A stretch of 64,000 nucleotides of DNA, from positions 77,856 to 141,855 of IMG/VR virus record IMGVR_UViG_3300032285_001029. The stretch is one strand, 5' to 3'. Every line of letters starts with the position of its first letter. Positions within the stretch are counted from its first letter, which is position 1. The notes under the pieces were generated by a model. That model was given only the letters and a program-made list of their open reading frames with translations. It searched no databases and was not told where the DNA came from. The translations under genes and the position numbers were made by a program. Positions 10,042 through 18,203 of this stretch are shown here, piece after piece. This DNA is from a virus.

Positions 10042-10065
10042 TATAAATAGATACCTATATATTTA
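10042..10065. promoter_or_regulatory. Paired late promoters: TATAAATA (+, 10042-10049) and TAAATA (-, 10060-10065)
   Basis: Both motifs lie in the 60-bp gap between divergent genes. Confidence 0.7.
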
Positions 10066-10077
10066 TCCGGAGATAAA

Positions 10078-10899
10078 ATGGCTATAAATCCCTTACAAAA
10101 GTACTTTCGTCAACCAAAAGTCTATATCAGTTTACCTAGTAAAGGTGTGTATTACTCTGCAGGAAATTTACAAGGTAACATTGAACAGATACCAGTATAC
10201 GGTATGACAGGCATGGACGAAATTATGGCTAGAACTCCGGATGCATTATTATCAGGAGAAAGTACAATTAAGATTGTAGAGAGCTGTTGCCCTACTATTA
10301 AAAATGCTTGGGAAATTGTAACTATTGACTTAGAAACTATACTAACTGCTATTAGAATTGCAACGTATGGTAACTTGTATGGAGTAGAAACAAAATGTCT
10401 ACAGTGCGGTGAAGAACACGCTTACGACATCGACTTAAATCAATTTATAGATCATTATAAGAATTGTACTTACGAAAATAAAGTAGTGCTAAAAGACTAC
10501 ACTATCAACTTACGCCCTATTACGTATAAAGAAACGTCGGAGTTTTCAATAAAAAACTTTGAGATACAACAAAAGTTTAAGCAAGTTAATCAGATGCCCG
10601 AAGGCGATGAGAAAAAACTTATAAGTGATCAGCTGTTTAAAGATATTGTACAACTACAAAAAGAAATCTTCAGCGCAGGAATTGAATCAGTTGAAGCAGG
10701 TTCCCAGACAGTTAATGAACGTTCTTATATTAACGAATGGTTAGACAACTGTGAAAAATCTGTATTCGATCATATCAAACGGCAATTGAATACAATTAAT
10801 AAAGAATGGACACCGCCTGCTACAAAAGTAAAATGCACAGCATGTGGGCATGAACAAGAAGTGTCTGTTACATTGGATCAGTCTGATTTTTTCGTCTAA
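10078..10899 (+). CDS. gp26-like baseplate hub / tail assembly chaperone
   Basis: LPSKG, DLETILTAIRIATYG, two CxxC motifs, C-terminal DFFV; GGAG SD. Confidence 0.8.
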   Translation: MAINPLQKYFRQPKVYISLPSKGVYYSAGNLQGNIEQIPVYGMTGMDEIMARTPDALLSGESTIKIVESCCPTIKNAWEIVTIDLETILTAIRIATYGNLYGVETKCLQCGEEHAYDIDLNQFIDHYKNCTYENKVVLKDYTINLRPITYKETSEFSIKNFEIQQKFKQVNQMPEGDEKKLISDQLFKDIVQLQKEIFSAGIESVEAGSQTVNERSYINEWLDNCEKSVFDHIKRQLNTINKEWTPPATKVKCTACGHEQEVSVTLDQSDFFV

Positions 10900-11126
10900 G
10901 CCTAATTAAATTAAACAACGAAGAAATTAGCGAGTATTTAATTAGGCTTGAACAGTTTATATCTAGATTCAAAGAAGAACTACTTAGAGTAAGCTGGTAT
11001 ATGAGGGGTTCAGTTACTTACGATCAAATGCTATATCAGTACAGTTATGATGATCGTGCAGCAATGTATGAAGTAATCAAAGAAAATATTGAAGCTACTA
11101 AAAACTCTGGAATGCCGTTAATTTAA
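10887..11126 (+). CDS. gp51-like segment, probably translated as a -1 frameshift extension of the upstream gene
   Basis: 79-codon open -1 frame (FFRLSLIKLNNEEISEYLIRLEQFISRFKEELLRVSWYMRGSVTYDQML...SGMPLI*) starting exactly at slippery T TTT TTC. The first ATG is at codon 39. Confidence 0.7.
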   Translation, partial: FFRLSLIKLNNEEISEYLIRLEQFISRFKEELLRVSWYMRGSVTYDQMLYQYSYDDRAAMYEVIKENIEATKNSGMPLI

Positions 11127-12287
11127 TTATTTCTGAACTAGTTGTCCAGTTTGCGGATCACGAGTATAGCCTGCAGGAGCTGGTTGTGATTTTCTATAAG
11201 CAGTCAATGCATTTTGATCAATTGGCTCATACCACTTTGTCGGCGTTGGAGCAGCTTTATCATATTGTTTCATAGCAGCAGGTGTACCACCATCAGGTCC
11301 TGTAGTACTAGTTGCTGCAATATCCTGTTGTGCTGTTGGGCTAGGTTTTGCAGATTGTTGTGTACCATTAGCTGTGCCAGTAGTTGCTGCAGTTGTACTA
11401 GTTGTATCAGGAGTTTGATTTGATTGTCCAATTATTGAATCAATTATTCCGCCAGCAGCACGGATTGCTGCTGCTTCGATAGTCTGTACATAATCTGTTA
11501 CATTAGGAAAATACTGTTGTAGCCAAGTAAACAGCATAAATCTTGCGATTGTTTCAGATCCCTTGTCAGTTGCTGCCCATGCCATAAATGTAGCTTGTCC
11601 TACAGTAGCAACTTTTTGTAGAAATGCATCTAACCCAGGAAAATTTTTAGATATAATTTTCCAGCTGGCAAATGATCTTATTAGTTTATTACCTATTAAC
11701 ACACCTGCTATTCTGCTTACGCACCAAGAAGTTTCTTGTTTATACAGTGCATTATATTCATCTTGTGTGATTGTTCCGCTTTTTAGTGCTGCTTCGCCTT
11801 TGCGCAAATTAACCACACACTCGTATACCGGTTGTCCAACATCCCATAGACCCAATGCACCCCACACAACTGATCCTGCTTTGTTCATGACGTTCCATGC
11901 TGTTCCAACTGGAGCAACAATACGAGCAATCTTATCTTTAATTGCTTGTACGCCACCTTTAATTGCAGATATTTGATCCTGTCGTATTAATTTTTCTGCT
12001 TCTTTTCTAGCACTTTTAATAATATCTTTCCATTCGGGATTATTAACAGTGAAATGTCTACGAGCTTCGACTTTACCAACGGCAGCTTCTAGTTGTGCTA
12101 GTACTGCTTTACGATTTATCGAAGTACCTGCCTTACTTGCACGAACCATTTCTTGTGCAAAAAGATCTATAAGTTTTTGCTTAGTCGCAATTCCTCCTAT
12201 AGATTTAGCACCATATGCTAAAGCTTTACCAATTAGTCCTTCTTCATGAAGATGTTGGTTAGGTGTAATTATGTCAAGTATTCGCAT
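11127..12287 (-). CDS. Hypothetical late protein, possibly internal head/ejected protein
   Basis: TAAATA at 12310-12315; N-terminal LHEE (gp21-type L-x-E site); amphipathic helices; Thr/Pro/Gln-rich tail. Confidence 0.55.
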   Translation of the reverse strand: MRILDIITPNQHLHEEGLIGKALAYGAKSIGGIATKQKLIDLFAQEMVRASKAGTSINRKAVLAQLEAAVGKVEARRHFTVNNPEWKDIIKSARKEAEKLIRQDQISAIKGGVQAIKDKIARIVAPVGTAWNVMNKAGSVVWGALGLWDVGQPVYECVVNLRKGEAALKSGTITQDEYNALYKQETSWCVSRIAGVLIGNKLIRSFASWKIISKNFPGLDAFLQKVATVGQATFMAWAATDKGSETIARFMLFTWLQQYFPNVTDYVQTIEAAAIRAAGGIIDSIIGQSNQTPDTTSTTAATTGTANGTQQSAKPSPTAQQDIAATSTTGPDGGTPAAMKQYDKAAPTPTKWYEPIDQNALTAYRKSQPAPAGYTRDPQTGQLVQK

Positions 12288-12326
12288 GATGCTTTCTAGG
12301 TTAGTATGATATTTATTATTCTTTTA

Positions 12327-12411
12327 AGATGAACTACGTTCATCTGCTCTTCGCTCACGCTCGAGCATTTCTTCTTTTTAATATTATTGAACTATTATAA
12401 TGCGAAGCATT
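12327..12411. other. GNA-triloop mini-hairpins and GAGC repeats around an AT-rich tract
   Basis: AGATGAAC-tac-GTTCATCT (12327-12345), GCTC x3 + GAGC (12346-12366), AATGC-GAA-GCATT (12399-12411). Confidence 0.5.
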
Positions 12412-12420
12412 TTAAATATT

Positions 12421-12771
12421 ATCCAGATTGTTCAGTCACACTTAGCCCAGGGCGGGCTAAGAACATTATCCGAGTTGCACAATGTCACACAGCGTTATGG
12501 CATTACAGAGGCGGTCAGCCTGTACCTCGAGCCACGTCTTTCCTGACGGCGGTTTACAAACATACGCTATCATGCTTGTAAACGTAGGGTTTTCTCCCTT
12601 CATTTTGCCTTTAAATCCGTTTCAAATAACCAAACAGCAGGGCTTACAAAGCTGTCATCATCCATTTTGGGTAGTGGTTAAGCACTCTTGCGGCAGAGAT
12701 TTATGTCCGAGTGACTCGTGGTCCTCTTGTCATATGCGCACGAAATAAGCCTGCGCTAGCCAAAAACCGCT
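12421..12771 (-). ncRNA. Putative large structured ncRNA, family not recognised
   Basis: GC-richer non-coding block with at least 7 stems, a 7-bp loop-loop pairing and a long-range closing helix; starts at the GIY-YIG stop codon. Confidence 0.55.
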
Positions 12772-13215
12772 TTATTTTGCCTGTTTATCTTGAGATTTGC
12801 GTATATGTGAACCATGCACACGCACTTGAATATGCCCGTTATAATAGTCATTTGACTCTAGAACACGGCGAGAAAACTGCTCTCGTGCTTCGATATAGCT
12901 AGCTTCTGGCTTACTGGAACAGTAAAAAAGTATCTCTCTTTTAAAGTTTTCTGGTCCTAATTCTACGACATCTTTGTTTAATTCTATATTAGAACCGTAG
13001 TATTCGCGCCAATCGCTGTCTATTTTTGACTTTATCTTTTGCCTTTTTTTGTTGCCATTCTTGAATTTAACTACTTTGTAAGTAGTTTTGCTGAATTTTG
13101 CCAGCTTTTTGCCTATATACATGCGTCCTGTAGTAAGATTAGTAATAAGATATACAAATCCTACGCAATCTTCAGGTAGATTTTCTATTATTTCGTTTTG
13201 ATAATACCAGGACAT
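12772..13215 (-). CDS. Minimal GIY-YIG nuclease
   Basis: GFVYLITN...YIGKK, YYGS, FKREIL, E..EQF, YYN motifs; Lys-rich insert; no separate C-terminal DNA-binding domain. Confidence 0.85.
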   Translation of the reverse strand: MSWYYQNEIIENLPEDCVGFVYLITNLTTGRMYIGKKLAKFSKTTYKVVKFKNGNKKRQKIKSKIDSDWREYYGSNIELNKDVVELGPENFKREILFYCSSKPEASYIEAREQFSRRVLESNDYYNGHIQVRVHGSHIRKSQDKQAK

Positions 13216-13482
13216 CTACTGTTTATCATTGGATGTCCTTGCCTTTGCTTCCTTCTGAGCCTTTCGTTCTGCCTTTTGATCTTCCCAAACTTCGTCTTTC
13301 CAATTACGCCATTCTTGTAGTGCAGCCCTGCGCTGTCTTGCAACGATACGTATGTCCGCTAACAGATTGCGTGTGTTGATACATGCCCTTTTAGTGCCGG
13401 TATTTACTAGGCGCTGATTCTCTTCAAAATATTTTCTGAAGAGGCGCATTAGTTCAGCATGTAGTTCTTCGTCCGGCTGCAT
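13216..13482 (-). CDS. Small helical basic protein, Hc1 (histone H1-like) family-like
   Basis: GTKRACINTRNLLADIRIVARQRR resembles the G-K-A---R--L core of Hc1-like proteins. Confidence 0.5.
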   Translation of the reverse strand: MQPDEELHAELMRLFRKYFEENQRLVNTGTKRACINTRNLLADIRIVARQRRAALQEWRNWKDEVWEDQKAERKAQKEAKARTSNDKQ

Positions 13483-15260
13483 TAATTTGAAACCTCTACG
13501 TCATTTGCATAGCTAGTAAATCCGTTTTCTTTAATTACTTTAAGAACATTACTGACTCTGCCGACAAGTTCGTCCTTGTGGCTGATTAAGTATACATTCT
13601 TGTTACGTTCTCTAGCAAATTTCTTTAGTACTGACAGTGCGTTCTCTACTCCTGCAGCATCAAGTCCGTTATCAATTAGCTCGTCAATGAATAGCAAGTT
13701 ACAACTTTGATATAAACTTTCCCACACATCTCTAAATGCCCACGACAATCCTAAGATTAATCTATTGCGCTCACCTCGTGATAAGTTATCAAAGTCTAAG
13801 TCTTGTCCTAACTGAGTAATCTCTACAGTTAAATCGTTTTGGAATGTTACAAGATGAGGTAGACCCATTTTATCTAAGTAATGACTTAGTCTGTTATTCA
13901 GATAAGCTAAATTTTGATCAATAATCTTCTTGCGAATAAAACTGTCTTTGTTTGTTAACAGTTTTAGTAAGAACTCTTGATGATTCTTAAGTTCTGTTGC
14001 ATTGTTAACAGTGTTCCATGATATTTCCTGCATGGCAGTATTGTTTAATTCATCGATCTGTTCTTGATACGGATCAACTTCTTCTGATCGTGTGATTAAT
14101 TGTGTTTCAAGCGTTTTCAAATTGTTCTGATGTTTTAGTGCCTGCTCGACAGTATCATAATATGTGTCAGGGCGTGTGCCTAATTCACCTACTGCGGCAA
14201 TCTCATCATTGACACGAGCATAATCCGCAGTTAGTTTCTGTAGATATGTATGAGCATCGCCTAGATTTTTTGCAGAAGTAGCTCGCATTTCTTCGTGCTT
14301 GTGATCCTGGAGCTCTTGTTCGCAAGCAGGGCACTTATTTTTTTCAAGCTGATTGTCTTCAGCAGTATATTTTTTAACTGTTTTATCTGCTTGAATAATT
14401 GCACTCTCCAGTGTAGCACGTTCTTTCATCAAGCTAGTATGTTTAGTTTTGCTTTCTAAGTGAGCTTTTAGTTCAGCATGTGCTATAATCTCTGCTTCTA
14501 TGTCTACATTTTCTAATTCTACAATAGCTAGACCTATTTTTTCTAAGTCTGTTTTTTGTTGAGCATACCAAGCAGTTCGTCTTGAGTTTAGACCGTCAAT
14601 GCTTTGCTGTATTTTTTCGTTACTGCGTTTTGCTGCTTCTATGTTTGCAGTCTCTTGTGTAATAACATCTTTAGTTTGACGAATTAGCTCTTTAAGACGT
14701 TCTGCTTTGTCAGACAATTGCGTAATTCCTAGCAGTTGTTCAATGATAGTACGTTGATCCGCAGTTTTCATACTGAGGAATGGTTCAGTATATGTATTAA
14801 GTGCAACGATATGTTTAAACATATCATGACTCATACCAAGTAGCTCATCTAAATCCTTTTGTGTTTCTCTACTATCGCCTTGTGCATCATCAGTTTCGTC
14901 ACTATCTTGTGCTTGATTATTAATAAAGAATTTTAGTACATTAGGTTTGCGACCTCGTTCTATACGATAGTCTACCCCATTCTTTTCAAAACTTAACGTA
15001 ACTAACATATTCTTATTGTTAATTTTATTAATTAAGTTATCTTTTTTGATATTTGTAAGAGCATTGCCGTATAGTGCATAGCTCAAGGCATTAACAATAG
15101 TTGTTTTACCAGTACCGTTTCGACTGCCACTATCGTCGCCGCCTTGATCTAAGTTTTCACCTAGTACAAGCGTTAATTGTTGTTTGCTAAAGTCCACGGC
15201 TTGGGTCTGATTGCCTACGCTCATGAAGTTTTTTACTGTTAAATTCTTAATTCTGATCAT
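13482..15260 (-). CDS. gp46: Rad50/SbcC-like ATPase (T4 gp46)
   Basis: KNFMSVGN, NGTGKT Walker A, CPAC zinc hook, LSRGE signature, LLFIDE Walker B, ISH. Confidence 0.95.
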   Translation of the reverse strand: MIRIKNLTVKNFMSVGNQTQAVDFSKQQLTLVLGENLDQGGDDSGSRNGTGKTTIVNALSYALYGNALTNIKKDNLINKINNKNMLVTLSFEKNGVDYRIERGRKPNVLKFFINNQAQDSDETDDAQGDSRETQKDLDELLGMSHDMFKHIVALNTYTEPFLSMKTADQRTIIEQLLGITQLSDKAERLKELIRQTKDVITQETANIEAAKRSNEKIQQSIDGLNSRRTAWYAQQKTDLEKIGLAIVELENVDIEAEIIAHAELKAHLESKTKHTSLMKERATLESAIIQADKTVKKYTAEDNQLEKNKCPACEQELQDHKHEEMRATSAKNLGDAHTYLQKLTADYARVNDEIAAVGELGTRPDTYYDTVEQALKHQNNLKTLETQLITRSEEVDPYQEQIDELNNTAMQEISWNTVNNATELKNHQEFLLKLLTNKDSFIRKKIIDQNLAYLNNRLSHYLDKMGLPHLVTFQNDLTVEITQLGQDLDFDNLSRGERNRLILGLSWAFRDVWESLYQSCNLLFIDELIDNGLDAAGVENALSVLKKFARERNKNVYLISHKDELVGRVSNVLKVIKENGFTSYANDVEVSN

Positions 15261-16267
15261 AGACTATTATAAATTTCCAGCAGAGTGATTTTATTAAAAG
15301 CATCGGATTCGATAGAAGTGATTTGATTAGCTACAATTTCGTCTACGCTTTCAAATGCTTGTATTTCGAGGTTGGTATCTATTTGTGTTTCTTTGCGTTC
15401 AGCTATTAATGTAAGTTCTCTAATTGCATAATCTTGTAAAAACTTTTCTTTAATAAAACTTGCTTCTTCATAACTTACATCAATGTCCAATGCAACACGA
15501 AGATGTTGTTTAGGTTTAATGATAGATGCATTATCAATTAATTCACTTAATTTTGTTGTGCGGAATGTAGGTTGTTCCGGCCAAGTTAGATATTCTGGCT
15601 GTTTGCCCCATTCTAAAATCATCATCCCACGCTCGTCATCCCACGCATCTGCATAATTGTGAGGAAAAGCATTGCCAATATAGATCATATTGCCCTGCTG
15701 TTGACGTTTGTGGAAGTGTCCGCTGAATCCTAATTCATATTCTTTGAAGTTATCGAGTTGTATTTCACCATGATCTGGCATCTGTACCATAGCGTTCATA
15801 AAGAAGTTAGGCAGTTCAAAATGTCCAAAAATATATTTGCCGGTATGTTTTTTACCAATATGCTTCCATTCATCGCCGACTAACCAAGGACACATAGTGA
15901 CTTCGCCGATAGTCACAGGTTCGTGAACTATAGTAATGCCCGGAATGTATTTGCCAAACTCTACACTATGGATATCACGTTTATCCTTATAGTACAAATC
16001 GTGATTTCCGGGAAAGAAGAAGAACTGATCAAATGCTTGACCTAGTTTTTCTAATGCCCGCAGGCTATAATCCATAGTTGTAATGTTGAGACTGTTGCGA
16101 TTGTGATGCCAATCGCCCATAAACATTCCAGTATCGCAGCCAGCCTGTTTAGCTTCTGCAATATACCAGTCAACAAAGTCTAAACAGTCTTGATTATGTG
16201 TCTGGCTATTACTTTTCAAACCAAAGTGTATGTCTGTAAAACAAGCTACTTTTTTAAATAGACTCAT
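15257..16267 (-). CDS. gp47: Mre11/SbcD-like nuclease (T4 gp47)
   Basis: DIHFG, GDW, GNHD, GHFE, SGHFH phosphoesterase motifs. Confidence 0.95.
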   Translation of the reverse strand: MSLFKKVACFTDIHFGLKSNSQTHNQDCLDFVDWYIAEAKQAGCDTGMFMGDWHHNRNSLNITTMDYSLRALEKLGQAFDQFFFFPGNHDLYYKDKRDIHSVEFGKYIPGITIVHEPVTIGEVTMCPWLVGDEWKHIGKKHTGKYIFGHFELPNFFMNAMVQMPDHGEIQLDNFKEYELGFSGHFHKRQQQGNMIYIGNAFPHNYADAWDDERGMMILEWGKQPEYLTWPEQPTFRTTKLSELIDNASIIKPKQHLRVALDIDVSYEEASFIKEKFLQDYAIRELTLIAERKETQIDTNLEIQAFESVDEIVANQITSIESDAFNKITLLEIYNSL

Positions 16268-17103
16268 TCGCTACTCTCGTCAAATCTTTTCATAGCAGCA
16301 GCATGTTCGCCGTCGCTTATTCGTGTGTAACTAGGATTCATGCCATTAATTTCTAAAATGTCATCTCGTATATTTTGATTGCGTTTTTCAATGTTAATTA
16401 CTCGAACAAAACTATTAGTAACAGCAGCAGTGAAATAAGCAAAAGGGTTGTCTGATTTAGATTCATCGAATTGTAATCCTATTTGAGTGAGCTGTAAAAT
16501 TGCTTGCCCTTTCATTTCGTCATTGTAAGTATATCCTCTTACATTACCTCTTGTAGCATACCGCTCACATAATTTAAGCATCATACGTGCTAGATTGTTT
16601 GTAATTTGTCCTTTATCTTTATCAAAATGACCTTTACCAACAGTGCCTTTCCAATGACTTTTACCAACACACTCTAGTTCATCTTCGTCGTTAAATTTCC
16701 AATGTTGAAACGGAGGAAAGTTTACTTTATCTCTATGATCTGCTGTAGTTTTTGGATTCTTTTTGCGAGTATTGTTTAATGGTATATGATCAAATGTCAT
16801 AACTCTAAACACTAATTCTTGTTTAAGTATTTTCTTGTAGTCGACTTCGCAATCTGCTTGTTTAACCTTTTCTCCAGCAGCTTTTCTACGTGCATAATCC
16901 TGTTCACCTAGTCTTTTTGCTTTGTTGCGTTTAGCTTCTGCAATGGTTCTAATATTAATTTTTTCTATACTAGGCAAAATTATATCATATTGATGATATT
17001 CTGCTTTGGTAAAGCTGCAATATGAGCTTTTGGACTTATGTATTTCAGCTAGTAAGTCTTTATTGTTTAGATAATTTACTTTTACTGGTTGGGTTGGTGT
17101 CAT
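16264..17103 (-). CDS. gp55: Late-transcription sigma factor (T4 gp55 family)
   Basis: YLNNKDLL, RGYTYNDEM, FDESKSDNPFAYFT, SFVRVINIEK; T4-like gp55-47-46 synteny. Confidence 0.9.
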   Translation of the reverse strand: MTPTQPVKVNYLNNKDLLAEIHKSKSSYCSFTKAEYHQYDIILPSIEKINIRTIAEAKRNKAKRLGEQDYARRKAAGEKVKQADCEVDYKKILKQELVFRVMTFDHIPLNNTRKKNPKTTADHRDKVNFPPFQHWKFNDEDELECVGKSHWKGTVGKGHFDKDKGQITNNLARMMLKLCERYATRGNVRGYTYNDEMKGQAILQLTQIGLQFDESKSDNPFAYFTAAVTNSFVRVINIEKRNQNIRDDILEINGMNPSYTRISDGEHAAAMKRFDESSE

Positions 17104-17124
17104 GTGATATTCCTATATTGTAAA

Positions 17125-17153
17125 ATTATAAACTACGCACTTAATAAAATCAA
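17125..17153 (-). promoter_or_regulatory. Sigma70-type promoter for the gp55-gp47-gp46 operon
   Basis: TTGATT-17 nt-TATAAT on the minus strand. Confidence 0.7.
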
Positions 17154-17154
17154 A

Positions 17155-17160
17155 TAAATA
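17155..17160 (+). promoter_or_regulatory. Late promoter TAAATA for the baseplate operon
   Basis: About 21 nt upstream of ATG 17182 with GAGGA SD. Confidence 0.7.
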
Positions 17161-17181
17161 CTTGTCAAAGAGGACAAATAT

Positions 17182-18201
17182 ATGCCAGCATTACGTAATA
17201 ACTCGTCATTTGGTAGTGGCGTAAGCTCGACAATTAATGCAACATCGAATATTATTAGCAGTGCGCAAACATCGTTCGCATCAGTTCGAAACTTGAGTAA
17301 TGCGTTAACTGCAGACGGAAGCGATGTTGCTAGCGTTCTTAGAAGCTCAGCATTGCCAACAGCAGGCGAAGCAATTGGGGATTTAGGCAGTGCGTTTGCT
17401 AGTTTCCTGGGCGGAGACGCTGATCCTAATGATTGGAGAGTACGATTAAGCTTACCTACATGGCCTAGTTTTAGGGGAAGTCCTGTTCTTGCACCGTTAA
17501 AGGATGCAGGCGGTCTAATTTTCCCCTATACTCCAACAATCACTATGAAGTCTGGTGCTACGTATCAACCTCACCAACCCGTGCATACTAATTATCCTTT
17601 CCGGGCATATAAAAGTAGTAGTCCTGGTACAGTAGAAATTGTAGCCCCGATGAACGTAGAAGATCAAACACAAGCTTTATATTGGATAGCAGCAGTCCAT
17701 TATCTTCGAAGTTTAAGTAAAATGTTCACAGGAGCCGATCCAAAGGCAGGAAATCCTCCTCCTATTGTCAGACTTAATGGTTACGGCCAATATGTTTTTA
17801 AAAATGTACCTGTGGTATTAACTAGTTTTAATTGCACACTTCCAAATGATTGTGATTATATTGGAGTAAATGTTCAAGGTAGTTTAGCTGGTGCAATAGC
17901 CGATGTTGCAGACTCGTTAAGTGGGTTATTAGGAGGCATCGGTGGAGTGCCGTCGTTAAAAGATTATGCAGGATTAGCTAATTCGGCAAGTAATATATTA
18001 GGTGCGGTTAGTTCTGTTGCTAGTGTAGCAGGAAGTTTAGGTATTACAGGATCGACCCCAGCAGGGTTTGCTTATGTTCCCACAAAAAGTCAGTTTACAA
18101 TTTCACTAGAAGCAACATATAGTAGACAATCTGCTAGAAGCTTTAGTCTTGATAGATTTGTTACTGGCGGTTATGTTAGCGGTTCTACAGGGTATATTTA
18201 A
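17182..18201 (+). CDS. Tail-tube initiator/baseplate protein (gp48/gp54-like)
   Basis: LIFPYTP, GNPPPIVRLNGYG..F..VPVV tube-fold motifs; precedes the gp53-like gene. Confidence 0.6.
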   Translation: MPALRNNSSFGSGVSSTINATSNIISSAQTSFASVRNLSNALTADGSDVASVLRSSALPTAGEAIGDLGSAFASFLGGDADPNDWRVRLSLPTWPSFRGSPVLAPLKDAGGLIFPYTPTITMKSGATYQPHQPVHTNYPFRAYKSSSPGTVEIVAPMNVEDQTQALYWIAAVHYLRSLSKMFTGADPKAGNPPPIVRLNGYGQYVFKNVPVVLTSFNCTLPNDCDYIGVNVQGSLAGAIADVADSLSGLLGGIGGVPSLKDYAGLANSASNILGAVSSVASVAGSLGITGSTPAGFAYVPTKSQFTISLEATYSRQSARSFSLDRFVTGGYVSGSTGYI

Positions 18202-18203
18202 TT

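Noticed and set aside
12413-12418. TAAATA on + strand as promoter for a plus-strand RNA
   Set aside because: Lies in an AT-rich tract where chance matches are likely. The kissing-loop G-U pair and purine-rich loops favour the minus strand. Not fully excluded, since a few stems also allow plus-strand G-U pairs.
12421-12771. Group I intron, tmRNA, RNase P, retron or CRISPR identity for the element
   Set aside because: No interrupted host gene, no tRNA-like ends, no RNase P consensus, no reverse transcriptase in the window and no repeat-spacer periodicity recognised by eye.
12387-12902. Three short + strand ORFs (64, 88, 63 aa) across the structured block
   Set aside because: No SD, atypical Cys/His-rich composition and mutual overlap; better explained as by-products of a GC-richer non-coding element.
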